64,000 bases of DNA from an uncultured Alphaproteobacteria bacterium. GTDB taxonomy: Bacteria > Pseudomonadota > Alphaproteobacteria > UBA6615. The first letter of the stretch is position 1. The number at the start of each line of letters is the position of its first letter. The stretch is taken from NCBI GenBank assembly GCA_964276015.1, contig CAXYDO010000013.1, positions 25,305 through 89,304 of the forward strand, written 5' to 3'. The notes under the pieces are model-generated. The model worked only from the letters and a program-made list of their open reading frames with translations, had not been told where the DNA came from and did no database searches. Made by a program: the position numbers and the translations under genes. This document shows, in pieces, positions 43,578 through 53,456 of this stretch.

Positions 43578-44192
43578 TTAGCTCCCGGGTGGATCGGAGA
43601 TTTGCAGGCCAGCGCAGGCGGGCAACGCTGCCAGCCCTGCCATTGCGCGCCGCAAATTGCGGTCCAGCGCGGCCATCGTTTCGCCCCGATCAGCGCCTGT
43701 ATCCTGCAGCCAGACCCGCTGGGTCGCGAGCCAGACAAGAGCCAGCGCTTTGGCAAAGAGCAAACCGCCCAGCCCGGAATCGGGATAGCCCGCGGCGCCG
43801 GCCAAACCCGCAAACGAACGCCGGCTCTGGGGCAGGATACGCAACAGCGTGTCGGGTTCGCAGGCAATATCCCGCGTCAGTCGGGATACGGCAACTTTAT
43901 CGGGCTCCAAAACCTCAAAACGCTGCATCATGATATCGAGCAGTTGATCGTAACGCGCATCCGGATCATCAGGCACGGGGCCCACGTCAACGATACTCGT
44001 CGCATCGACCCGACACGCAAACATATCGAGTAGATCCGTGCGACTCGGACACAGCGCTTCTGCCGTTTCCAAAGGTATATCTGCACGCGCCGCCACATCC
44101 GCAACCGTAAGCCCACGCCAGCCCTGTTCAGCAACATGAGACAACATCGCGTCAATAAGACGATTGTCGGGATGAAGAGAATTATCGGCCAT
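43578..44192 (-). CDS. TetR-like transcriptional regulator
   Basis: N-terminal HTH GWRGLTVADVAARA; C-terminal TMAALDRNL. Confidence 0.8.
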   Translation of the reverse strand: MADNSLHPDNRLIDAMLSHVAEQGWRGLTVADVAARADIPLETAEALCPSRTDLLDMFACRVDATSIVDVGPVPDDPDARYDQLLDIMMQRFEVLEPDKVAVSRLTRDIACEPDTLLRILPQSRRSFAGLAGAAGYPDSGLGGLLFAKALALVWLATQRVWLQDTGADRGETMAALDRNLRRAMAGLAALPACAGLQISDPPGS

Positions 44193-44237
44193 AACCGTAA
44201 ATGTAGCGCAAATGGCGCAGGGCCGCAGCCCGGGGAG

Positions 44238-45044
44238 TTATCCTGCCAGTTCGCGCGACCGGGCGGTGGCCTGTCCGATGGCCTTTGTCATCAGGCGGGT
44301 CAAACCATCATCATCCATCAGAACGTCCAGCGCAGCGGCCGTGGTCCCGCCGGGGCTGGTGACATTCTCACGCAGGGTCGCCGCAGCATCCGTACTTTGT
44401 GCCAACAGCTCGCCGCTGCCTGCGACGGTTTCCCGAGCGAGCAACATCGCAAGGTCGGCCGGGAGTCCGGCATCTATCCCAGCCTGGGCCATCGCTTCGA
44501 CGAGATGAAACACATAAGCCGGTCCGCTGCCCGATACGCCGGTCACCGGATCCATCAGTCCTTCGTCATCAATCCACGCAACTTTGCCAACAGCCGCCAT
44601 CAACGCTTCGCAGGTTTGTCGCTGCGACTCACTGACAGGGGCGTTCGCGCAGAGAACCGTAATGCCACGCCCAACGGCGGCCGGAGTGTTGGGCATAGCG
44701 CGGACGATGGCAGCATCCACGCTCAGCAATGCCTCGAACGAGGCGATGTTCCGGCCAGCGGCAATCGAGAGAAATACAGTGTTCGGCGCGACCAACGCAC
44801 GATAGGGCGCCGCCACCAAATCCATCACTTGCGGTTTGACCGCAAGCACCACAACAGCCGGAGAAAACCCATCGGGGATATCATTGATGCCCGCGCCGCC
44901 GCCGGCAGCCGTGGGCAATTCCGGCTCTGCTGGGTCGACCACAAAAATACTTTCGGCGGCTGTGCCGCGTGCAATCCAGCCCGCCATCAGGGCGCTACCC
45001 ATTTTTCCGCAACCAACGAGAAGGATCGAAGCTGGACTGGTCAT
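44238..45044 (-). CDS. proC: pyrroline-5-carboxylate reductase
   Basis: GCGKMG, LAVKPQ, RAMPNTP, SGSGPAY, VTSPGGTT. Confidence 0.96.
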   Translation of the reverse strand: MTSPASILLVGCGKMGSALMAGWIARGTAAESIFVVDPAEPELPTAAGGGAGINDIPDGFSPAVVVLAVKPQVMDLVAAPYRALVAPNTVFLSIAAGRNIASFEALLSVDAAIVRAMPNTPAAVGRGITVLCANAPVSESQRQTCEALMAAVGKVAWIDDEGLMDPVTGVSGSGPAYVFHLVEAMAQAGIDAGLPADLAMLLARETVAGSGELLAQSTDAAATLRENVTSPGGTTAAALDVLMDDDGLTRLMTKAIGQATARSRELAG

Positions 45045-45066
45045 GGGATGCATTCCCGGGTGCGGG

Positions 45067-45567
45067 TTAGGCTTCGCCGACGGTTTCAAAAACGATCGAG
45101 CTGACGGCAGCATGGGCGGTCTGATTACCCCAGACCACATATTGGAAGGCCGGATAAAACCGATCGAGCTCGTGCAGCGCAATATCGATCATGTCTTCGA
45201 CCTGTTCGGCCGACAGGGATCCACCACGCAACAACATCGCATGGCGATACGCCGGCAACCCGTCTTCGGTGCCGATATCAAAATGCCCAATCCCGAGGCG
45301 TTCGTTCAGGACGGCGAGCAATTCATGGACGGCCGCACGTCGTTCGGGTGGCGTACGCACGTCAAACGCACACGTAATCTGTAACGCGCCAATTTCGTCG
45401 ATCCAGTTGAATACAGCGTGATAGTCACACCAACGCCCTGTCGCCTCGCCCAGCAACTCGTCCCGCGCAATCCGCTCCAACCCCCAATCGCGCAGGGCGA
45501 TCGTCTCCTCGACAAGGTCGAGCGGGTGCATCGTTTGGTCGATTACGGATTGGGACAAATTGCCCAT
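45067..45567 (-). CDS. YbjN domain protein
   Basis: HPLDLVE, GRWCDY, INERLGIGHFD-like, FYPAFQYV; typical neighbour of proC. Confidence 0.8.
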   Translation of the reverse strand: MGNLSQSVIDQTMHPLDLVEETIALRDWGLERIARDELLGEATGRWCDYHAVFNWIDEIGALQITCAFDVRTPPERRAAVHELLAVLNERLGIGHFDIGTEDGLPAYRHAMLLRGGSLSAEQVEDMIDIALHELDRFYPAFQYVVWGNQTAHAAVSSIVFETVGEA

Positions 45568-45611
45568 ATGGACAAGCCTCCTGAACGCCGTTCGGCGCAA
45601 AATCGCAAAAC

Positions 45612-45627
45612 ACACAATATATTGTAA
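45612..45627. promoter_or_regulatory. NrdR-box-like palindrome
   Basis: ACACAATATATTGTAA vs consensus acaCwAtATaTwGtgt; perfect 12-bp core palindrome. Confidence 0.55.
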
Positions 45628-45777
45628 TAACTACGAAATATTGTGGGGGTGGCCAGTATCAACCACTACAGGAAGTAGATTGTCATGAAGCCGCGTTGCG
45701 TCGCAACCATCCGGGCTGTGGACAGTCGGGAACGCATATTTCCCGGCTAACGGCGGGAAAACCCTGCCGTCAGCCGC

Positions 45778-46089
45778 TCAGGCTGTGTCAGTTTTCGGTT
45801 TGGCACGAGGTTTCGCGGCCGGCTTTTTCGCCGCGGCGTCGAGCTTCTTTTCCAGCGCAACAACCCGCTTTTCGAGGGCTTCCTGTACTTCACGCGCGCG
45901 GATGGCCACGGCCTCCACGGCTTCAAACTCTTCGCGTCGCACCAGATCGAGATTCTCCAGAACCCGCTCCAGGCGTTGCTGCACAAGCGTTTCGATTTCG
46001 TCACGCATTCCGCTCGCCACCCCTGCTGCACCATTGGTGAGCCGGGCAATATCGTCGAGTATTCGGCTTCGTGTCTGCACGTCGTTCAC
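45778..46089 (-). CDS. ubiK: accessory factor UbiK / BMFP family
   Basis: ILDDIARL, LDLVRREEFEAV, coiled coil. Confidence 0.85.
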   Translation of the reverse strand: MNDVQTRSRILDDIARLTNGAAGVASGMRDEIETLVQQRLERVLENLDLVRREEFEAVEAVAIRAREVQEALEKRVVALEKKLDAAAKKPAAKPRAKPKTDTA

Positions 46090-46199
46090 TCCTTGTCAGA
46101 TCTCAAGACTACGCCCCCCGGCCGGGCACGAACAAGGCCGATAGATTGCGGCGCGCCGTCGCACACGCCTATAAATTCCCTGAACTATGGGAGTGACAA

Positions 46200-47171
46200 A
46201 TGTATCTGATTACCGGCGGCGCAGGCTTTATCGGCTCCAACCTGGTGGCACGCCTGACCCAGGCTGACCACAAGGTGGTTGTGTGCGACGCCGTGGATGA
46301 GACCAACCGCGCTAATCTTGAGAAACGCGGCCCGCTTGGGATCGTCGCACCCGAGGACCTGCTCGACTGGCTTGGATCCAATACGCCCGCCGCAATCTTC
46401 CATATGGGCGCTATCTCCTCAACGGTGGAGCGCAATGTCGATCTGGTGATGCGCACCAACTACCTCTTGAGCCTACGTCTGTGGAACTGGGCAACCACCA
46501 ATCAGGTGCCGTTCATCTACGCCTCCTCGGCCGCCACCTATGGTGCCGGCACAGCTGGATTTGACGACGACAATTCCCTCGCCGCGTTGCATCGTCTGCG
46601 CCCGCTCAATCCCTATGGCTGGTCGAAACTGATGTTCGACCGAGATGCCGCGCAGATGGCCTCGAACGGCAACGCGCCCCCCCAATGGGCCGGGCTGCGG
46701 TTCTTCAATGTTTATGGCCCGAACGAGTATCACAAGGGCGGGCAGCGCAGCGTGGTACCGCAATTCTGGCAACAGATTCGCGAAACCGGCCAGGCCAGCC
46801 TTTTCAAGTCAAACGACCCCGACTACACGGATGGCGGCCAACTTCGGGACTTCGTGCATGTCTCCGACACGGTGGCGGTTATGCTCTGGCTCCTCGAAAA
46901 CCCCTCGGTCAGCGGCATTTATAATCTGGGCACCGGTCAGGCCCGTTCCTTCGACGATCTGGCCAAAGCGATCTTCGACACGATGGGGTCCGCAGCCAAG
47001 ATCGAATACGTCGCCATGCCCGGCAATATCCGCAACCAGTACCAATACTTCACGGAAGCGCGAATGGACCGGCTGCGCGCGGCTGGCTACGATCAGCCCT
47101 TCACCTCACTTGAGGACGGCGTGCGTTCCTATGTGGGCGAGTATCTTGAGAGCAATGATCTCTACGTCTAG
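46200..47171 (+). CDS. rfaD: ADP-L-glycero-D-manno-heptose 6-epimerase
   Basis: TGGAGFIGSN, HMGAISST, YASSAATYG, PLNPYGWSK, FNVYGPNEYHKG, QYQYFTEA. Confidence 0.93.
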   Translation: MYLITGGAGFIGSNLVARLTQADHKVVVCDAVDETNRANLEKRGPLGIVAPEDLLDWLGSNTPAAIFHMGAISSTVERNVDLVMRTNYLLSLRLWNWATTNQVPFIYASSAATYGAGTAGFDDDNSLAALHRLRPLNPYGWSKLMFDRDAAQMASNGNAPPQWAGLRFFNVYGPNEYHKGGQRSVVPQFWQQIRETGQASLFKSNDPDYTDGGQLRDFVHVSDTVAVMLWLLENPSVSGIYNLGTGQARSFDDLAKAIFDTMGSAAKIEYVAMPGNIRNQYQYFTEARMDRLRAAGYDQPFTSLEDGVRSYVGEYLESNDLYV

Positions 47172-47189
47172 CAACGGGCACAAAACCCT

Positions 47190-48032
47190 ATGAGCGGCCC
47201 TCTTCCCTTTCCTGATTTTGACCCGGTTGCACTGGCCATCGGGCCTATCGTGATCCGCTGGTACGCGCTGGCCTTCATCACCGGATTGCTGCTGGGGTGG
47301 GGATATATTCTCTGGCTACTGCGCCGCGCGCCATCGACCCTGACGTCACAACAGGTCGGCGACTTCTTCAGCTGGGCCATCGTCGGCGTCATCGTCGGCG
47401 GACGCCTGGGCTTTGTTGGCTTTTATCAGCCCGGCCATTTCCTTGAGAACCCACAGCAAATTTTGGTGGTCTGGAATGGCGGAATGTCGTTTCACGGCGG
47501 CCTGATTGGCGTCGGTGTTGCGACTTTCCTCTACGCCCGAAAACACCAAATCAATGTTCTCTCTCTTGCAGATCTGGTCGCCGCCGCTGCGCCGATCGGT
47601 CTGTTCCTGGGACGGCTGGCCAATTTCATAAATGGCGAACTCTACGGTCGGGCGAGCGATGTCCCCTGGGCCTTCGTATTCCCCACGGGCGGAGATGTCG
47701 CCCGGCACCCGAGCCAGCTATACGAGGCCGGGCTCGAAGGCATCGTGTTGTTCATTATCCTCATTACCATGGCCCGCCTCACATCGGCGCGGCTACGACC
47801 GGGTTTGATCGCTGGCGCGTTCCTCATCGGGTACGGCGCGGCACGTACATTCGTGGAATTCTTCCGGCAACCCGACACCTATGTTGGCGATGGTGGCTTC
47901 TTGGTCGGCGGGATGACCATGGGACAACTGCTCTCGACACCCATCGCCGTTGCAGGTGTGGTCTTCATCGTTTATGCCCTAACCCATGTCCGGCTCGACC
48001 CAAAACCAGGCTCAGCCAAGCCAGAGTCCTAG
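47190..48032 (+). CDS. lgt: prolipoprotein diacylglyceryl transferase
   Basis: IRWYAL, GGMSFHGG, GRLANFINGEL, RHPSQLYEA, EFFRQPD. Confidence 0.97.
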   Translation: MSGPLPFPDFDPVALAIGPIVIRWYALAFITGLLLGWGYILWLLRRAPSTLTSQQVGDFFSWAIVGVIVGGRLGFVGFYQPGHFLENPQQILVVWNGGMSFHGGLIGVGVATFLYARKHQINVLSLADLVAAAAPIGLFLGRLANFINGELYGRASDVPWAFVFPTGGDVARHPSQLYEAGLEGIVLFIILITMARLTSARLRPGLIAGAFLIGYGAARTFVEFFRQPDTYVGDGGFLVGGMTMGQLLSTPIAVAGVVFIVYALTHVRLDPKPGSAKPES

Positions 48033-49146
48033 CGCGATCGTCCGCACGGACGATGAAAGCTCGGTTGTTGCACGGCTGAAGCAAAAGATTCGCACCGACG
48101 GCCCGATCACAGTCGCCAGCTTCATGGATATCGCTCTCAGCGATCCGGACGGCGGTTACTACGCCACCCGGGACCCTTTGGGAGTCGCCGGTGACTTCAC
48201 CACCGCCCCGGAAATCTCCCAAATATTTGGCGAACTTGTCGGTTTATGGTGCGTCGACACGTGGCAATCCATGGGCGCGCCAAACGCTTTCGCGGTGGTC
48301 GAACTCGGACCCGGGCGCGGCACATTGATGGCTGATGCCCTGCGTGCAATGCGTCAGGTCTCAACCTGCCACGCGGCGGCAAGCGTGCATCTCGTCGAAA
48401 CTAGCCCGGTGCTTCGAGAATCTCAGCAACGGATGCTGGCCGGCGAGAATATCACCTGGCACACGAGCCTGCCTGACCTCGGGCGCATGCCTGCGATCTA
48501 CATCGCAAATGAATTTTTCGATGCGCTTCCCGTCCATCAGTACGTTAAGCTCGACGGCGATTGGTGCGAACGCGTGGTCGCACTCGACCCCACCCATGAG
48601 CATTTCAGCTTCACGCTGGATCAAAACCGCACGTTCCCGTTGCGCGACGTCACCAAATTGCTGGCCGATGCCGAAGAGGGGACCATATTCGAATACTCAC
48701 CCACGGTGCGCAGCTCGATCGACGACATCGCCCGTCTCCTCTTTCTGCATGGTGGGGCCGGCCTCATCATCGACTACGGCTACACCAGACATGCGACAGG
48801 ACAAACCCTGCAGGCTGTCCGAAAACACCGCCCCGTCGACCCTCTGGACGATCCGGGTAACTGCGATCTGACAGCGCATGTGAATTTTCAGCTCCTGTCT
48901 GAAACTGCCACCAGCGCCGGAATCAAAGTGTGGGGGCCGATTGATCAGGGCAATTTCCTCCAGAAACTTGGTATTCAGACCCGAGCCGCAACCTTGCTCA
49001 AAACCGCCACTGTGTCCCAGGCCCATGATATCCGGACCGCGGTGACACGCCTGATCGCGCCGGCCGAAATGGGCGCTCTCTTTAAGGTTATGGCCCTCTC
49101 GGATTCAGGTGTGTCTCACCTCGCCGGGTTCGAGCCGGACGCATAG
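47986..49146 (+). CDS. SAM-dependent methyltransferase, MidA/NDUFAF7 family; start uncertain
   Basis: GDFTTAPEISQIFGE, VELGPGRG, ANEFFDALP, IDYG, DLTAHV. Confidence 0.92.
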   Translation: MSGSTQNQAQPSQSPSAIVRTDDESSVVARLKQKIRTDGPITVASFMDIALSDPDGGYYATRDPLGVAGDFTTAPEISQIFGELVGLWCVDTWQSMGAPNAFAVVELGPGRGTLMADALRAMRQVSTCHAAASVHLVETSPVLRESQQRMLAGENITWHTSLPDLGRMPAIYIANEFFDALPVHQYVKLDGDWCERVVALDPTHEHFSFTLDQNRTFPLRDVTKLLADAEEGTIFEYSPTVRSSIDDIARLLFLHGGAGLIIDYGYTRHATGQTLQAVRKHRPVDPLDDPGNCDLTAHVNFQLLSETATSAGIKVWGPIDQGNFLQKLGIQTRAATLLKTATVSQAHDIRTAVTRLIAPAEMGALFKVMALSDSGVSHLAGFEPDA

Positions 49147-49149
49147 GCG

Positions 49150-49929
49150 ATGACCTCCCGGCATGTCAGCGCAGAACCCATGCGCGAAATTCCCGGTATT
49201 GAGCACGGGTTCCTGTCCCGTTCCGACGGCGTAAGCGAGGGAATTTACGCCGGTCTGAATTGCGGCCTCGGGTCCGATGACGACCCCGGGCATGTCCGTG
49301 AAAATCGCGCCCGCGCCGCCCAGGTCGTCGGATGCGCAGCTGACCGGTTGCGAACCCTCTATCAGGTCCATTCCGCGACGGTCATTGACGCCGACATCGA
49401 CTGGGCAGACAGCCCGCCGAAAGCCGACGCCTTGGTATGTACGACCCCCGGCGTAGCGATTGGCGTCCTCGCCGCGGATTGTGCCCCCGTCCTGATGGTG
49501 GATTCCCAGGCGGGCGTCATCGGTGCCGCCCATGCCGGATGGCGCGGCGCGCTCGATGGCGTTGTCGGCGCAACGATTGACGCGATGGTCGAACGGGGCG
49601 CAAAGCCCGCATACATTGCCGCCGCGGTAGGACCGTGCATCGGCCCGGCCTCCTACGAAGTCGGCCCGGAATTTCCGATCCCGTTCCTGAACCAGGATCC
49701 GGCGAACGACCAATTCTTCGCGAACAAGCCCAAATCCGACCGGCTGCTCTTCAATCTGCCCGCCTTTGTCCTGAACCGGCTGAAACAGGCCAGCGTGACC
49801 CATTGCATTTCCACCGGTCATGACACTTATAGCAATGCTAACTTTTTCAGTTATCGACGCAGCTGCCACCGCAACGAGCCTGACTATGGGCGCAATCTTT
49901 CACTGATCACGCTCAAGGGTGACCACTAG
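49150..49929 (+). CDS. pgeF: PgeF/YfiH purine nucleoside phosphorylase-like protein
   Basis: QVHS, ADCAPVL, AAHAGWRG, GPCIG, FFSYRR. Confidence 0.93.
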   Translation: MTSRHVSAEPMREIPGIEHGFLSRSDGVSEGIYAGLNCGLGSDDDPGHVRENRARAAQVVGCAADRLRTLYQVHSATVIDADIDWADSPPKADALVCTTPGVAIGVLAADCAPVLMVDSQAGVIGAAHAGWRGALDGVVGATIDAMVERGAKPAYIAAAVGPCIGPASYEVGPEFPIPFLNQDPANDQFFANKPKSDRLLFNLPAFVLNRLKQASVTHCISTGHDTYSNANFFSYRRSCHRNEPDYGRNLSLITLKGDH

Positions 49930-49987
49930 CCAATGCCCTATCTGATCATGCTGATCTTCATGACCCTTGCCGCGACGATGGTGAGCT

Positions 49988-50854
49988 GTGCGCTTTAGCG
50001 TTTTGATTCTCCTGGTCATTGCCTTGGCGGGCTGCCAACCGGTTCCGCGCCCGTTCGACGATGTACGCAAAAGCCCCAATGACCTCCTGAAACTCTCTGA
50101 TACCCGCGGCATCATGGTGCTGCCCGTGACCGACGCGCCTCCAAATACGGCGCGCGAACTCGCCGCACAGATGGCCGCCGCCCTTATCAAACAAAACCTG
50201 CCCGCTTTCGTCAGCGGCGCCAGCCGCTCGAGTATGGTTCTGTCCAGCGCGGTAATTGATCCCGGGCGCGATGCGGTCATCGGATGGACGCTTGTTGATC
50301 CGGATGGGAAAGAAATCGGCCGTCACGAGCAAATACTCGAAGGTACACCGGTGGAGCTCTGGGCCCGGGCTGACCCGGAACTGATGACCACACTGGCTAA
50401 CATTGCCGCTCTATCCATCGCGGTGATGGTGCAGGACGAACAGGTTCATGAGGTATTTGCCCCACCGGTTTTCGTAGGTGACGTTCGAGGCACCAACCCG
50501 CGTGACACAATTCGGCTCCAGTCAGCTCTGCGTCACGCCTTGCGCGGACTCGGGACCCGGGTCGCAACTGCACGCTCAGACAAAACACTGGTGGCCACGG
50601 CTGATGTCGCGATCACACCTCTGCCAAAGGATCAACGTGAAGTCGCTATCGCCTGGGCCGTTTCCGACCCGTTCGGCACCGAGGTCGGGAAAATCGAACA
50701 GGCGAGTCCCTTTTCGCGCACTGCGGTGGAACAAAAATGGGGGCAGCTTGCTCGTGAGGCCGGGGTTGCGGCAGCGGCAGGTATAAAGCAACTAATCGCC
50801 CAGATTGACTGGAGTAAGGGGTTCCTGCCACCACCCTCCAAACGGGAGAATTAA
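49988..50854 (+). CDS. hypothetical lipoprotein with two repeated alpha/beta domains
   Basis: lipobox LAG|CQPVPRPF; IGWTLVDPDGKEIG and IAWAVSDPFGTEVG internal repeat. Confidence 0.75.
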   Translation: MRFSVLILLVIALAGCQPVPRPFDDVRKSPNDLLKLSDTRGIMVLPVTDAPPNTARELAAQMAAALIKQNLPAFVSGASRSSMVLSSAVIDPGRDAVIGWTLVDPDGKEIGRHEQILEGTPVELWARADPELMTTLANIAALSIAVMVQDEQVHEVFAPPVFVGDVRGTNPRDTIRLQSALRHALRGLGTRVATARSDKTLVATADVAITPLPKDQREVAIAWAVSDPFGTEVGKIEQASPFSRTAVEQKWGQLAREAGVAAAAGIKQLIAQIDWSKGFLPPPSKREN

Positions 50855-51032
50855 CCCGGCGTAAAGGGCTAAAAGTTTATCCCCAGAGGGTGAATGTTTA
50901 CACGACCATGACGGGTTGATAATTTCCCGCCGCCGACATGTTCGATTGTGTTCAATCGTACATTTTCTGAAGATTTCAAACACGTTCCACCGGAACGCAA
51001 TTCGCTGCAGAGGCAGCGTGGGGGCAAGTACG

Positions 51033-51965
51033 ATGAAGGTGCTGGCATGCAACAGCAACCGTCCGCTTGCCGAAGCAATTTCGGCATATCTCAACATTGA
51101 ACTCACAAGGGCTTCGATCCGGCGGTTTTCGGACATGGAAGTGTTTGTCGAGATTCTAGAGAATGTGCGCGGTGAGGATGTGTTTGTGGTCCAGTCGACC
51201 TCCTATCCGGCCAACGATAATCTGATGGAATTACTGGTGACTCTGGACGCCCTGCGACGCGGCTCAGCCCGGCGTATTACCGCGGTTATTCCCTATTTCG
51301 GATATGCCCGCCAGGACCGGAAAACGGGGCCAAGAACCCCGATTTCCGCCAAGTTGGTGGCCAATCTGATCACCCGTGCCGGCGCCGACCGGGTGCTTAC
51401 ACTCGACCTTCATGCCGGACAGATTCAGGGCTTCTTCGACATCCCGGTCGACAACCTTTTTGGCGGCCCACTGTTCTCCGAAGACATCGGCACCAACGAC
51501 AATGCGGGCGAACGGGTGGTTGTTTCGCCCGATGTTGGCGGTGTGGTGCGTGCACGCAGCCTCGCCAAACGGCTTGACGCCGATCTCGCTATCATTGATA
51601 AGCGCCGCGAACGAGCAGGCATTTCCGAAGTGATGAACATCATCGGTGACGTCGCCGGGCGGCAATGCATACTGATCGACGATATCTGTGATAGCGCCGG
51701 TACGTTGTGTAATGCCGCTGCAGCGTTGAAGGAGCAGGGCGCCGAATCGGTTTTCGCCTATGTGACACATGGTGTCCTGTCAGGTGGTGCGGTTGGGCGT
51801 GTTGCGGCTTCCCCGCTGGAGTCTCTGGTGATGACGGACTCGATACAAGCAACCGAAGCGGTGCGTGTGGCGAGTAATATCCGTCAGCTGACGGTCGCGC
51901 CCCTTCTCGGAGAGGCCATCGACCGCATCAGCAAAGAGGCTTCGGTTTCCAGCTTGTTCATTTGA
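51033..51965 (+). CDS. prs: ribose-phosphate pyrophosphokinase
   Basis: [34 protein letters not shown]. Confidence 0.97.
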   Translation: MKVLACNSNRPLAEAISAYLNIELTRASIRRFSDMEVFVEILENVRGEDVFVVQSTSYPANDNLMELLVTLDALRRGSARRITAVIPYFGYARQDRKTGPRTPISAKLVANLITRAGADRVLTLDLHAGQIQGFFDIPVDNLFGGPLFSEDIGTNDNAGERVVVSPDVGGVVRARSLAKRLDADLAIIDKRRERAGISEVMNIIGDVAGRQCILIDDICDSAGTLCNAAAALKEQGAESVFAYVTHGVLSGGAVGRVAASPLESLVMTDSIQATEAVRVASNIRQLTVAPLLGEAIDRISKEASVSSLFI

Positions 51966-52055
51966 GCGTCGGCGCATTCCGCGCCGAAATGAACCGCACC
52001 GGTGGTGGCACCCTTGGAGGCATCACCGGGCTTGAGGAGTAGAAAGGAGTAGAAA

Positions 52056-52721
52056 ATGGCCGATACCGTTACATTTAATGCGGAATCGCGCGCGCTGGTA
52101 GGCAAGGGGGCCGCCCGCGCAACTCGTAGAAACGGTCGAGTACCGGCAGTTGTTTACGGCGCGAATAAGGATCCCGAATCCATTTCAATCGACCCGGCGC
52201 AGTTGCGTACCGCACGGATGCAGCCCGGCTTTTTTGCCACGCTGTTCGATGTCGATCTGGATGGCAAAAACCAACAAGTCCTATGTCGAGATCTGCAGCT
52301 TCATCCGATCACGGATGTTCCAATGCATGCTGATTTCCTGCGCGTCACCGAATCCACACGGATCAATGTCGAAATTCCCGTGAACTTCGAGAACGCAACA
52401 GAGTCTCCGGGCCTGAAGAGTGGCGGCGTTCTTAACGTTGTCCGCCACGTGGTCGAGGTGATGTGTCGCGCGGGTTCCATCCCGAACGACATCCTTGTCG
52501 ACCTGACCGGACGTGAAGTGGGTGACAGTATCCACATCTCGGAAATCAATTTGCCCGACGGCGTCACGCCAACCATCGATGATCGCGACTTCACAATCGC
52601 GACCATCGCAGCCCCGACTGTTGCTATCGTCGAAGACGAAGTGGTCACAGAAGGCGAAGATGGTGAAGGCACTGAGGACGGCGAAGAGGGCGGCGAAGAG
52701 GGCGGCGAAGACAACAGCTAA
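52056..52721 (+). CDS. rplY: 50S ribosomal protein L25/Ctc
   Basis: GKGAARATRR, VPAVVYG, HADF, acidic tail. Confidence 0.96.
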   Translation: MADTVTFNAESRALVGKGAARATRRNGRVPAVVYGANKDPESISIDPAQLRTARMQPGFFATLFDVDLDGKNQQVLCRDLQLHPITDVPMHADFLRVTESTRINVEIPVNFENATESPGLKSGGVLNVVRHVVEVMCRAGSIPNDILVDLTGREVGDSIHISEINLPDGVTPTIDDRDFTIATIAAPTVAIVEDEVVTEGEDGEGTEDGEEGGEEGGEDNS

Positions 52722-52747
52722 GCCTCCCGCAAGCGGACAAAAACGCT

Positions 52748-53455
52748 ATGCGCATGGTTGTGGGCCTCGGAAATCCGGGGCCGAAATACAGAAACAACCG
52801 ACACAATATCGGCTTCATGGCGGCGGACGAGATCGTTCGCCGCCATAGGCTTTCTGCACCCCGATCCAAGTTTCAGGGCGACATCAGCGAAGGCGATATC
52901 GGCGGCGAACGGGTGTTGGTGCTCAAACCGGCAACGTTCATGAACGAATCTGGTCGATCTGTTGGTGATGCGGTCCGCTTCTACAAACTCGCACCCGAAG
53001 ACATCATCGTCATCTATGACGAGATCGAACTGGCAGCTGAGAAAATTCGCGTCAAACAAGGGGGGGGCCATGCGGGTCACAACGGGCTGCGCAGTATCGA
53101 CGCCCATCTGGGGGACAAGAATTACTGGCGGGTCCGTCTCGGGGTCGGACATCCCGGCGACAAAAGCCAGGTAAGCAATCATGTACTCGGCGATTTTTCC
53201 AAGCAGGACCGTGTTTGGGTTGAGCGCGAACTCGCAGCTGTGGCCGATGAACTCCCGCTTCTCCTGAGCGGACAGACAAACGACTTCATGAGCCGCGTGG
53301 CCATGGGGGCACTAAAGAAACAGACAGCCGAGCCCGTATCGGCTGCGCCAAAAAACAAACCAACCAACCCCGGCAAATCCCGCAATTCCGCGGAAGAAAC
53401 CGCCATGGGGAGCGCCCTTTCCCGGGCCATGAATCGATTACGGGGACGCGAATAA
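52748..53455 (+). CDS. pth: peptidyl-tRNA hydrolase
   Basis: VGLGNPG, RHNIGF, FMNESG, GHNGLRS. Confidence 0.97.
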   Translation: MRMVVGLGNPGPKYRNNRHNIGFMAADEIVRRHRLSAPRSKFQGDISEGDIGGERVLVLKPATFMNESGRSVGDAVRFYKLAPEDIIVIYDEIELAAEKIRVKQGGGHAGHNGLRSIDAHLGDKNYWRVRLGVGHPGDKSQVSNHVLGDFSKQDRVWVERELAAVADELPLLLSGQTNDFMSRVAMGALKKQTAEPVSAAPKNKPTNPGKSRNSAEETAMGSALSRAMNRLRGRE

Positions 53456-53456
53456 C

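Noticed and set aside
52680-52711. 12-bp tandem repeat at the end of rplY
   Set aside because: Encodes the usual acidic low-complexity tail (EEGG).
53060-53067. G8 run in pth as a phase-variation site
   Set aside because: In frame, encoding the conserved GGG before the H..HNG motif of an essential gene.
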